Virus record (IMG/VR): IMGVR_UViG_3300032221_000090
Coordinates: 1 to 28,237 of that record
DNA length: 28,237 nt
From: a virus
Lineage: Duplodnaviria; Caudoviricetes
Strand: one strand, 5' to 3'
Positions 8,230 through 17,012 of this stretch are shown here, in pieces (position 1 is the first letter of the stretch; each line of letters opens with the position of its first letter). Under the pieces are notes generated by a model, which saw only the letters and a list, made by a program, of their open reading frames with translations, made no database searches and had not been told where the DNA came from. Made by a program: the position numbers and the translations under genes.

Positions 8230-11200
8230 TCAGGAGCAGTCTACGCCGATCTCTCTGAAGAGCCCTGCGCTTAGATCCGCCACCAAGCTCTTGGCAGAGC
8301 CGCCCGAAATAGACGATGGGTGTTCCACCGCTCGCACCGTGACCTCTGCCTCTTCGCTCAGCGAAACATCAGTCACGCGGAACACGCGCTTGCCGTTGGT
8401 GTTGGTGCCTAAGACAAACAGGTTGCCCGCTGGCACCGGCAGATTCTGCGCCACGCCGTTGAGGATCACCACATCCTGGTGAACAACAGGAGGGTTGACC
8501 GAGTCGTAGGTCATCACGGTGAAGCTGCCATCTGGAAGCTCAACGCCTAACGGTGTGCTCAATACTCCGCCTTCCTCGACAACGCCTGTGCGCACGGTGT
8601 CCCAACGGTCCAGGCCAATGTCCACAAAGATGTAACTGCCAGGCTGAATCGGGCTTTCGGTTGGGTAGGTCTTGAACTCAACCGTGCGGCGCACGTAACG
8701 CCTCTGTTGGCAGAGATAACGGGCGTACAGCACAGCCTGCTCGCGCTGGCTCACCCAGTCGCTTAGGTCGAACGTCTGCCAGACAGCATCGTTCAGATCA
8801 GTGTCGCTGCGACACAGCGTCACGCTGGTATCGCGAGGGAAGATCTCGTCATTGGTGATCTCGCGGTAAACCACCGTCGCGATCAGGTCCTTGGTGTTAT
8901 CCCCGAAGTCGAGATACTCCTCGCGGTAGCTGTCCTCGAGGATGTTGCCCTCGTTGAACATCGCGGAGATGGTCAAGCTGGTGGTGGCCGCACCTGCGCT
9001 GGTCACCGGCAACGCTGGGATCAGTGTTTCCTTCCCGTTCATGCGGGCAAACTCCAGCAGGCTGTAGGGCGCCACCTCAACCCAGAACTCACGCCAGCCG
9101 CGGCGATCAGCGATCACGCCATCCATAAACAGCTGGACGCCAAGGCCGTTGTTCTTGCAAAACCGCTTTGCTAGGGCCAGGCGCTCCCAATCGACAGCAT
9201 TGGAGTTGGCGAAGTTCTTGATGCCGTTCGTGGCATCCAGCACCGTGTCAGCAAAGATGTCTGGCGCGTAGCAGGTGCCTTCCCCGCTCTGGAATGGCCC
9301 GCTGCCATCATCGGCCACCTTCCACGCGGCCTTGCCTTCCTGCACGAATGCAGTGATCGAACGCAGGTCCTCCACGCCATTGCTGGCATAGGTGTGGAAG
9401 GCAAGCAGGCTCATGTTCTGATACTTGCCGGCGATCGGGCATATCGTCTGCTCCGTCACGTTGACCAGCTTCGCCTCGGGCCCGTTGTCGTAGCTCGACT
9501 GCACCTGCGTGTCAGAGCTGTTGGAAAACAGATCCCATTCGTTGGTGTAGATGGGTCCGCGCTCCCTCAGGTCGGGAAAACTGTTGAAGTCAAGAGCAAC
9601 CTCTTTGCCGAAATAATTGATGACGCCGCCTGCTGCCGAAATGCTCCTAACGGCGCCTGCGTTGTAGATGTAGGCATAACCTGAGTAGCCAGACTCCCTG
9701 ATCTCTGCCACAGGGTCAGACACTGGGATAAAGCGGAACTCACGCTTTGCCTTGGTTGAAGAGTGGAACAACACACTGATGTAGTTGTCGATGTCGTTGC
9801 CGCGCTCCACCGCGAACAGCTTTGGCACACGGGTGAACGCAGTGTCGCCGCTCTTGCGAATCAGCACGTAGAAGAACATGGTCCGGCGCTCCAGACCGTT
9901 GTCGCTCAGCTTGTAGCCATCGGGCGCTTCGTACTCGCCGTATTCTTTCTGGCGGCCAGAGATGCGACGGAACAAGCGCACCTTGAAGTTGAAGCGCACG
10001 ATGTTGCACGCCGTCACTGTGGTGTAGAGAGCCTTGGCTGACTTGACCAGGGCCTTCACGTAGAACGCATCATCGTTGTCACGTATGAGCGTGCGCCAGT
10101 TCTTGAGTAGGTAGTTCACCCACTGCAAAGCCTGACGCTTCTCGGCGATCAGCTCTTTGATCTTGGTGACTACAGCGTCGACTCCTACCTGATCAACAGT
10201 GAACTTGCCTTGCAAGCCGTCGAGCTTCTGATTGATGCACTTGATGCCGCAAGCGAAACGCTCATCGTCGACGCCGGTCAAGACAAACGGCACGGTTGAC
10301 AATCGCACGATCGAAAGCAGACGCTCCTGCTCCTCGTCGAGGTTGTCGGCAATGATCTGCCGCTTCTTATCAATCAACTGCTCTCGCTCTTGGCGCCAAA
10401 GCTTGAGGTTTGCCTTCGTTGGCTTTAGCTGTTTCCGCTTCCCAGCGATGTAGTCCGCCACATAGTCACGGCGTTGTTCTCGGATCTCATCGAGGATGTC
10501 GCGTTCTTTCGAGACCCGCTTTGCGGTGGCGTCAGCCTCTTTAAGGTTGGCGATCAGCTCTCGCTGGTCTCTAATCCGTTGCGTGTAATCCGCATAAGGC
10601 TGGGTCGTCTTGGCCTCTGCTCGCCATTCCTTGTTCAGTTCTTCAACGTCGTTTGAGAGCAGGTCGTTCAGAACGTCGATTCGTGCAACGACACCTTTCA
10701 GCTCCGCGTTGTTGGCGATCAGGCTTTTGCGGATCAGCTTCTTGGCCTTGCCGCCCATGAGCTGCTGCTCAATCCGCCGCAGCTTCTCGCGATCGTCCCG
10801 ATACTCAGCGCGCAGCAGGTCGTTGTTGATCTTTGGCTTGTTGGCCAAGAAGAGCTTGAGCAGCTCCTCGGTGTAGGCGATTGATCCGCCCCTGATGAAC
10901 GTTCGGTTCCGCGCCTTATCCAGATCATCAGTCCAGCTGACCGATGTAGACCCTGTGAAGTTGTAATCCCTATTCCCGCCGGTTGGGTTGCCTACCCCGC
11001 CGAACTTAGGGATGGTGAACGGCTGCGTGAAAACAGTGCTTTTGCGCTCACGCTCTTTGGCCTGTTGCTCAGTGAATCCGATCCAATACTTCTTGTTTTC
11101 CTTCTCGTCCGCCGAGAAAATACTGTCGACGTCTGCAGTAGTCAGCGCCTTGACCGGTTCCGAAACAGGCGCTTTGAGGATGTCCTTCGCGTTGTCGTAG

Positions 11201-12318
11201 ACCTCTTTATCTTCGTCCTTGAAGATCTTCGCCCGCATTCGGTCGTACCGACAGGTCGGACCAACACCTGCCTCAGTGCACTCAAACTGAGCGCTAACAG
11301 AAGAGTTATCAAGCGACAGTTCTGAAGTAACGCTTCTGACCTTGAAGCTGGCACTCCCAAGCCTGTAGATCGCCCCGCGATCCAAGTTGTTCACCAGCTG
11401 CAAGCGCAGATCCTTTGCTGCCTCCTTTGCAACGGCTGCTTTGTCCTCATCCTGCTTCCGCGGCACCTCTTTGATGGACAGAGTGAAGGTGCTGCCTACT
11501 GAATAGCTGGATGCAAAGCCCCCAGAGATCGTGATGCCGATCGGGGCGTAGCGCGTCTTCCCGTCTTCATCGCGCTCGATAATGTCGACGTTGATCGGGA
11601 TCGGCGCGTAAACACCAAGCTCGGTCGACGTGGTTGGTGTGTAAGCCTGCGAATAACCCTCGCCTGCATTGCCAGACAGCTCTCGCGTCAGGTGGGTGAT
11701 GCTTCCACCAGCGGCCACAGCTGGATCGCGCGCATCGCCCAAGACACGGGAACTAAACGGCACAGGGCCGTTCTGAGGTGAGTAGTAGACCCACGTATTA
11801 GACGCCGAGAACTGGCGGGCAGGTAGCTGGCCAAACGCCGTTTTGTTCACGTCCAGCCGCAAGACCTTCGCTGCGCCGATCAACAGCAGAAGCTGGATGT
11901 ATTGCCCGGTGCCAGTGCTCTCTACCGCCGACCACAGCAGTGATGTGCCGACACGCACCTGGCCCTTCGGGTTGATCTTGTCGTTGCAATAGACAAGGTT
12001 GATCGGGTCGCCGTAGCGCGCCAGCTCTTGGGTGCCGTTGAAGCCAGAACGCGGGGCGAACGACTTGTCCCGTCGTGAAACGGTGTTTTTCTTGTCTGGT
12101 GTCTCAGGCTTTGGCGCCAACAGCGCCGATGCAACCTGAAAGACAACACCGACAACAGCAAGAATGATCGAGACAGGCTCTGCCCGTAACGTCTCTCTGC
12201 GCTGCGCTTCAGACAGCGCATAGTCACGCTGCGCTGCCAAGAACTCGAAGTATTGCTCTTCCGTCAGCCCCAGCTGCTGACAGAGCCCACGCTCATAGGG
12301 CAGCAGCTTGCGGTTCAT
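8230..12318 (-). CDS. Large central tail-tip/hub protein (lambda gpJ-like position), 1362 aa
   Basis: Size and position after the NlpC-like gene; LLAPKP...QELARYGDPINLVY gpI-like N-terminal motif; C-terminal RVFRVTDVSLSEEAEVTVRAVEHP. Confidence 0.8.
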   Translation of the reverse strand: MNRKLLPYERGLCQQLGLTEEQYFEFLAAQRDYALSEAQRRETLRAEPVSIILAVVGVVFQVASALLAPKPETPDKKNTVSRRDKSFAPRSGFNGTQELARYGDPINLVYCNDKINPKGQVRVGTSLLWSAVESTGTGQYIQLLLLIGAAKVLRLDVNKTAFGQLPARQFSASNTWVYYSPQNGPVPFSSRVLGDARDPAVAAGGSITHLTRELSGNAGEGYSQAYTPTTSTELGVYAPIPINVDIIERDEDGKTRYAPIGITISGGFASSYSVGSTFTLSIKEVPRKQDEDKAAVAKEAAKDLRLQLVNNLDRGAIYRLGSASFKVRSVTSELSLDNSSVSAQFECTEAGVGPTCRYDRMRAKIFKDEDKEVYDNAKDILKAPVSEPVKALTTADVDSIFSADEKENKKYWIGFTEQQAKERERKSTVFTQPFTIPKFGGVGNPTGGNRDYNFTGSTSVSWTDDLDKARNRTFIRGGSIAYTEELLKLFLANKPKINNDLLRAEYRDDREKLRRIEQQLMGGKAKKLIRKSLIANNAELKGVVARIDVLNDLLSNDVEELNKEWRAEAKTTQPYADYTQRIRDQRELIANLKEADATAKRVSKERDILDEIREQRRDYVADYIAGKRKQLKPTKANLKLWRQEREQLIDKKRQIIADNLDEEQERLLSIVRLSTVPFVLTGVDDERFACGIKCINQKLDGLQGKFTVDQVGVDAVVTKIKELIAEKRQALQWVNYLLKNWRTLIRDNDDAFYVKALVKSAKALYTTVTACNIVRFNFKVRLFRRISGRQKEYGEYEAPDGYKLSDNGLERRTMFFYVLIRKSGDTAFTRVPKLFAVERGNDIDNYISVLFHSSTKAKREFRFIPVSDPVAEIRESGYSGYAYIYNAGAVRSISAAGGVINYFGKEVALDFNSFPDLRERGPIYTNEWDLFSNSSDTQVQSSYDNGPEAKLVNVTEQTICPIAGKYQNMSLLAFHTYASNGVEDLRSITAFVQEGKAAWKVADDGSGPFQSGEGTCYAPDIFADTVLDATNGIKNFANSNAVDWERLALAKRFCKNNGLGVQLFMDGVIADRRGWREFWVEVAPYSLLEFARMNGKETLIPALPVTSAGAATTSLTISAMFNEGNILEDSYREEYLDFGDNTKDLIATVVYREITNDEIFPRDTSVTLCRSDTDLNDAVWQTFDLSDWVSQREQAVLYARYLCQQRRYVRRTVEFKTYPTESPIQPGSYIFVDIGLDRWDTVRTGVVEEGGVLSTPLGVELPDGSFTVMTYDSVNPPVVHQDVVILNGVAQNLPVPAGNLFVLGTNTNGKRVFRVTDVSLSEEAEVTVRAVEHPSSISGGSAKSLVADLSAGLFREIGVDCS
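8238..8243 (-). promoter_or_regulatory. TAGACT(G) promoter-like box
   Basis: 18 nt upstream of ATG8219, within the last codons of the hub gene. Confidence 0.45.
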
Positions 12319-12707
12319 GGGAGCGGGCGATACAGCTTCAGGTTAGGCGGCACGCTTGAGGCATGAACCACACGGCGGGCGCTGCTGATGTAGAGCAACC
12401 CACCCACATCGCTAACCGTTGCGAATGCACCGACCAGCGTTCCTGCCAACAGCGCAACATCGCCAGGTTGCTGGTCGTTTGCCGCCTTGGCGTTCTGCAA
12501 TAACCACCGCACCAACCTGATGCGTGGCACGGTCTCCACTTCAAACGACCGATACACCCACTCGAACATCTCGGCGTAGTCGCGCAGCCCCAGCCGCCGG
12601 CGGACATCACACATGAGCTGGAAGCAATCGGTCAGCCCGCTGCCGTCACCTGGACGGTGGCCCCAGCCATACCGCAGCTCGACCAGATCATTGAAGTGAG
12701 ACATCAC
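12315..12707 (-). CDS. NlpC/P60-like tail-tip protein (lambda gpK-like position; start GTG12707 or ATG12704)
   Basis: YGWG...G.TDCFQL...PGDVALL motifs of NlpC/P60; the catalytic His is not evident. Confidence 0.7.
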   Translation of the reverse strand: MMSHFNDLVELRYGWGHRPGDGSGLTDCFQLMCDVRRRLGLRDYAEMFEWVYRSFEVETVPRIRLVRWLLQNAKAANDQQPGDVALLAGTLVGAFATVSDVGGLLYISSARRVVHASSVPPNLKLYRPLP

Positions 12708-13152
12708 TGTTCAATGGCAAGATCCCGCTGTTCTCTGCTGTCAGGATGCGCGCGGGGAATGTCCCGCCAACCGAATCGAGTGCACTCCTGAAGCGGCATT
12801 CGATTGTGGTCTCACTGAATGAGCTGCCCTGACCCACATAGAACTCAGCCGGTGGGTCAGGCAAGGGCTGGTCGCTTGCATTCAGCCACAGGTTGTAGAG
12901 CGTCAGCTCACTGTTGCGGTTACCGTCTCCACCTTCAAGCAACCCAACGGCTAGCTCTGTGTTGGGGAACAAGATCGTCAGCGGTTCGTTGTCGCCGCCT
13001 AGCGCCATCGTCGATCCCGACGTCTGAAACGGCACGAAGGCGTAGCTGCCGCCCCTGAAGGTGTAGTTCTGCCTGACGAAGTAGTTCTGGCCGCGGAAGA
13101 CGCCGCCGCCTTTCAGCTTCAGTTCAAACAGCTGACAGATCCTGATGTTCAC
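12688..13152 (-). CDS. Minor tail-tip protein (gpL-like position)
   Basis: Y.FVPF...CRFRSALDSVGGTFPARILT; lies between the distal-tail and NlpC-like genes, with overlapping start/stop codons. Confidence 0.65.
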   Translation of the reverse strand: MNIRICQLFELKLKGGGVFRGQNYFVRQNYTFRGGSYAFVPFQTSGSTMALGGDNEPLTILFPNTELAVGLLEGGDGNRNSELTLYNLWLNASDQPLPDPPAEFYVGQGSSFSETTIECRFRSALDSVGGTFPARILTAENSGILPLNSDVSLQ

Positions 13153-13535
13153 GGGTAAACGACCTCGCCAACCAGGTCCACCGTCACGCTACTGATGCCT
13201 GGGAACACCGATGTGATCGTCGGTTCCTGCGCGTAGGCCCATTGGATGTTGACGGGTGCGCGCAGGCGGGTTGTGATTCCGCCGCCAATCCCCTGAAACA
13301 CCTCAACAGGCAGAGCAAAGCGGTTGAATAAACCGCCGACACTCTCGAAGTGAGCAAAGATCAGCTCAGCCTGGGTGTCGGGGATGTTTTCGTACTGCAG
13401 CTTGATCGTCTGCCCCAGGCGGGTGTTGGTGAATGCGCGCTTCCAAATGGCGCCACTCAACGTCCGATAGGTTCGGATCGGCAGCTGCCCTGGGGTATAG
13501 CTGCGGCTAGAGGGAACTAAGGAAGGGAAGTTCAT
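13149..13535 (-). CDS. Distal tail protein (Dit/gpM-like)
   Basis: 128 aa directly after the tape measure (TGATG coupling); FPSLVPSSRSYTPG...W.YAQEP...VTVDL. Confidence 0.7.
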   Translation of the reverse strand: MNFPSLVPSSRSYTPGQLPIRTYRTLSGAIWKRAFTNTRLGQTIKLQYENIPDTQAELIFAHFESVGGLFNRFALPVEVFQGIGGGITTRLRAPVNIQWAYAQEPTITSVFPGISSVTVDLVGEVVYP

Positions 13536-16297
13536 CAGAGGCCAATAGCGCGACGGTTACGAGGTGACTGGCGAAGCTTGTCTAGGGCCCGCTGTTCACC
13601 ACGTTCGGCCCCTTTCTTTGTAGCTTGCGCCATCGCAGCTTGCAGTTGCTCTTGATCCACCCAATCGCGATCCATGAAGCGGGTGGTTTGGAAGCTCATG
13701 TTCATGTTGACCTGCGCGCCATTGCTTGAGCCCTTAGAGCCTTGGCTATTCATCATGCTGCGCAGGTTCTGAGCGTTCGTGATCCCACCACTCTGGCCAG
13801 GCACAAACATTTCAGGGCCACGTTCACCAACAAGAACAGGGGTGTTCACTGGTGTGGAACCACCAGAGGCGAAGAGGTCAAGGCCAAAGCCATTGAACCC
13901 ACCACCGCCTGGTAGGGCAAATGGACCAGCACCGCTAAACAGCCCTGAGCCACTGCTGCCACCAAACAAACCAAGAACACTCAGGATCAGCTTCTGAGAC
14001 AAGATCTGCGTTGCCATCTGAATGAAGGCATTGCCGATGTTGGCAAACAGATCACTGAATACCTCCTTGATTGTTGCCGTGCCTTGAATCAAACCAGTGA
14101 TTGCATTGCTCAGTGAACTAGCGAGCTGACTTTGAATCGTGCCTGCAAGGCTCACAATCATCCCCTCCGTATCCGCCAACTGCGTTCGCAGCTCGTTCAT
14201 GTAATCAGCGATCTTGCCCTGCTTGACGTTCGGGTCGAGATTCGGAGCAGATGGATCGAAGCCACTTGCAACAGTGCTGCTATCAAAGCCCCTGCCAAAT
14301 GCACGTTCGCCATAGCTTTGATTTAACAGCTCACTTGCATCAAGCTGTTCATACAGCAACCTCACCTCTTCGCGTGTTGTCTCAACCTGCTTAATGCGAA
14401 GGCTCAGGGCTTCAGCGTCAGCACGTTGCATCGGATCAGCAAGCTCACCGATTTCACGCTGTCGCGCAAGATAATCACGCTGAATGCGACCAAGCTCTTC
14501 ACCTTTCGTACCTTGTAGCACCAAAGTATCAAGCTGGTCATTGAAGGTGCGCAGTAGATCTTCACCACGCTTCTGAGATTCCATGTAATTATCTAGTGCA
14601 TCTTGCTGGGCATTGACCATGTCACCAGCAGCACCCTTGCCGTTGAGGTCGCCTGTTTTTACCCCTGCAAGGTGACCAAGTTCAAATACGCCGCCAGGGC
14701 CACTGATACGCATGCCACGACCAAGGGCACCCTGAATGCCCATGTCAGTAGCAGACCAGCCAGGCTTCAAGGTGAAAGGTGTGCCCTGCGGTGTGTAGTA
14801 GTCACGGCCTGGATAGCCATGTGATGCAGCACCACGACCAAGACCAAAGCTGCTTGCTGTGCGTCCACCGCCAAAGTCGAGGGCTGAATCAACCATCGCT
14901 TCGAGGTTGCCGCCACGTACAAGCTGTGCGTGAAGGTGTGGACCTGTGCTGCGACCACGACTGGCATCACCCTGCCCGCCACCGGTCATGCCGCCGATCA
15001 CGCCCTTGCGAACGGCCTTTTCAACCGATTTAGATGCACCGCTTTTGTCATTAAGTAATGGCGGCGGCGTGAAGCTTCCCTTAGCTGCGGAAGCGGCTGG
15101 AGTTGTAGCTACTTTTTTAAGTGCCTCAAGGTTCTGATCGATCTTGCCCAGGATCACACCCTGCAGTGATTGCGCGCGGGCAGCATTTGGATCAGTCGCA
15201 GGGATTCGCCTGAGTGATGTCTGCGCCTGACGCAGCACCTGCAAGTTCTGCTCAATGCCAACTTTGTTTGACTGTGGCGTGATCTGCCCTATTAGCTTTT
15301 CAAGTGAATCAACACCTTGGCTTGTAGCACCAAAGGTGATTTGATTGCCTGCGTAGGCAATGTTCCGACTGAAAGCACCACCACGACCCGCCGCCAATAC
15401 ACGATTGATGGAATCAAGTGCTTGGTTGGCGTAATCAAGAATACCTTTGAGCGTAGGCATTAACACCTCACCAAGCCGCCTGGCCAGACTGTCAATACCG
15501 TCCTGCAAGGTGCTGAACTTACCGCTCAACGTGTCAGATTGAGCGACAGCACCATTGGCATACTTGCCGCCAGCATCTGTTAATCGCTTCAAGGCGAGTT
15601 CAACCGCTTTTGCGCTGATCTGCCCCTTCTCTAGTGCCTCGCGGAACTCTTCTCCTGTGAGCCCATACATCTTCTGCAGTTCATCCTGCAGGTTGATGCC
15701 ACGCTCCTGTAGCTGCAGCAGCTCCTCGCCTTGCAGTCTGCCTTTAGCTTGAATCTGTCCGTAGGCAGTAGCAACACCACTTAATTCAGCACCAGTGGCG
15801 CCTGCTACATCACCTAGACGTTTGGTGGTATCAACAAGCTTTTCACTATCAACACCAAAGGCCTTTAAGCGCTTGGCAGTTTCAATCAGATCAGTGCTGG
15901 TGAATGGTGTGACACTGGCGAACTGCTGTAGCTCGCTGATCACAGTCTTCGCCTTTTCCAAGCTGCCAGTTAGCACTTGGAGGCTCTTGGTCTGCGTTTC
16001 TAGTTCAGCAGTCTTGGCAAAGACAAACTTGCCTGCAGCCAACACTGCATAGGCAGACACCAGGCCACCAACAGCAGTGCTCAGTCTGTTGAACCCGCCA
16101 GCTGCTGATTCAGCCTGCTTGCCAGCACGTACTGCTGCATCACCAGCGCCCTTGGCACCGCGTTCAATGCCTTGAAAGGGATTCTGCCCCTTGAGTTTAT
16201 TGGCAGTCCCTTCAACACCTTGTAGCTGATTAGAGACCTTGCTCAGAGCAGAGGTATTGGCCTTGAAGAGGAGGTCAACGGCAAACTGAGCGGCCAA
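13535..16297 (-). CDS. Tape measure protein with an internal M23-like peptidase segment (TTG start)
   Basis: Tape-measure N-domain (FASVTPFTSTDL...YGQIQAKGRLQGEELLQLQERGI...SDTLSGKFSTLQD); C-terminal FASGG...LVGERGPEMFVP; STGPHLH motif. Confidence 0.92.
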   Translation of the reverse strand: MAAQFAVDLLFKANTSALSKVSNQLQGVEGTANKLKGQNPFQGIERGAKGAGDAAVRAGKQAESAAGGFNRLSTAVGGLVSAYAVLAAGKFVFAKTAELETQTKSLQVLTGSLEKAKTVISELQQFASVTPFTSTDLIETAKRLKAFGVDSEKLVDTTKRLGDVAGATGAELSGVATAYGQIQAKGRLQGEELLQLQERGINLQDELQKMYGLTGEEFREALEKGQISAKAVELALKRLTDAGGKYANGAVAQSDTLSGKFSTLQDGIDSLARRLGEVLMPTLKGILDYANQALDSINRVLAAGRGGAFSRNIAYAGNQITFGATSQGVDSLEKLIGQITPQSNKVGIEQNLQVLRQAQTSLRRIPATDPNAARAQSLQGVILGKIDQNLEALKKVATTPAASAAKGSFTPPPLLNDKSGASKSVEKAVRKGVIGGMTGGGQGDASRGRSTGPHLHAQLVRGGNLEAMVDSALDFGGGRTASSFGLGRGAASHGYPGRDYYTPQGTPFTLKPGWSATDMGIQGALGRGMRISGPGGVFELGHLAGVKTGDLNGKGAAGDMVNAQQDALDNYMESQKRGEDLLRTFNDQLDTLVLQGTKGEELGRIQRDYLARQREIGELADPMQRADAEALSLRIKQVETTREEVRLLYEQLDASELLNQSYGERAFGRGFDSSTVASGFDPSAPNLDPNVKQGKIADYMNELRTQLADTEGMIVSLAGTIQSQLASSLSNAITGLIQGTATIKEVFSDLFANIGNAFIQMATQILSQKLILSVLGLFGGSSGSGLFSGAGPFALPGGGGFNGFGLDLFASGGSTPVNTPVLVGERGPEMFVPGQSGGITNAQNLRSMMNSQGSKGSSNGAQVNMNMSFQTTRFMDRDWVDQEQLQAAMAQATKKGAERGEQRALDKLRQSPRNRRAIGL

Positions 16298-16320
16298 GAT
16301 CCCTGCGCAGCGTTAACGCC

Positions 16321-16326
16321 AGCCTA
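16321..16326 (-). promoter_or_regulatory. TAGGCT(G) promoter-like box
   Basis: 23 nt upstream of TTG16297; its TAG is the stop codon of the frameshifted chaperone extension. Confidence 0.5.
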
Positions 16327-16518
16327 CCGACGCCGCCGCTGCGCATCTTTCATGGCCTTCTGCTCTTGCTGATGGCGGACCTCATAGAACGCCGACCACA
16401 GCTGAAGCTCTTCAACCGTGATCCGTTCCATCAGCTCCTGCAGGGTGTAGCCGAGCTTCTCAGCTACCACCATCTGCAGCATCAGAAATCCGTCTTTCTC
16501 GAGCTGGCCCTTGATGGC
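16324..16518 (-). CDS. -1 frame extension of the tail assembly chaperone (gpT/GT-like); not in the ORF track
   Basis: The -1 frame reads AIKGQLEKDGFLMLQMVVAEKLGYTLQELMERITVEELQLWSAFYEVRHQQEQKAMKDAQRRRR*, overlaps the end of the chaperone gene and lies just before the tape measure. Confidence 0.8.
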   Translation of the reverse strand, partial: AIKGQLEKDGFLMLQMVVAEKLGYTLQELMERITVEELQLWSAFYEVRHQQEQKAMKDAQRRRR

Positions 16519-16853
16519 TTGGGGCTTGCATCCTCCTGTTCAGCTGCCTCAGCTTCCTGCAACAGCTGCAGCATCAAGCCCTCAACAACACTGGCGGGCA
16601 GCTCATTGCGAAGCTCGGCAATCTCACCAGCAGTGAACAGCTTCGCGCCGTTCTCATCCTCAGCCATCATCACCAGCAGTTGCAAGGCGAAGTCGGTGGT
16701 GTTGTCGTTGCCAGCCTGCTTCTGAGCACGCGCACGCTGCGCCAACGTCACCGGCTTGCTGTAGAACTCGAACTCAGTCCCGTTGGGAAGATCCACGCTC
16801 CGACGTGTCGCCTTCATGGCCACAGACGCCTTCAACCGATCTAGAGCACGCAT
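16482..16853 (-). CDS. Tail assembly chaperone (gpG-like), 123 aa; real start ATG16853
   Basis: MRALDRLK...PVTLAQRARAQK...DENGAKLF...ELRNELP; between tube and tape measure; promoter-like box 24 nt upstream. Confidence 0.85.
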   Translation of the reverse strand: MRALDRLKASVAMKATRRSVDLPNGTEFEFYSKPVTLAQRARAQKQAGNDNTTDFALQLLVMMAEDENGAKLFTAGEIAELRNELPASVVEGLMLQLLQEAEAAEQEDASPKPSRASSRKTDF

Positions 16854-16877
16854 ACCTAGGAGTAGTGACTCGGGTTC

Positions 16878-16883
16878 AGTGTA
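16878..16883 (-). promoter_or_regulatory. TACACT(G) promoter-like box
   Basis: 24 nt upstream of ATG16853 and downstream of the tube terminator. Confidence 0.5.
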
Positions 16884-16956
16884 GGGAGAAGGGAGGACCA
16901 GCCTCCCCAGCTCCAGCTGGGAGTCACCACCAGCCAGGTCAAGCCTACCCAACATG

Positions 16957-16985
16957 AAAAAGCCCCCTGCTCCAGGACAGGGGGC
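16957..16985 (-). terminator. Intrinsic terminator after the major tail tube gene
   Basis: GCCCCCTG-TCCTGGAG-CAGGGGGC-TTTTT on the minus strand. Confidence 0.85.
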
Positions 16986-17012
16986 AAAAAGGTCCTCCGC
17001 CTTCAGTCTGTC

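Noticed and set aside
16854-16955. N-terminal extensions given in the ORF track (starts at 16955, 19097, 19612, 19791, 20552, 28082)
   Set aside because: They run through terminators, promoter boxes or neighbouring genes; downstream ATGs fit translational coupling and box spacing better.
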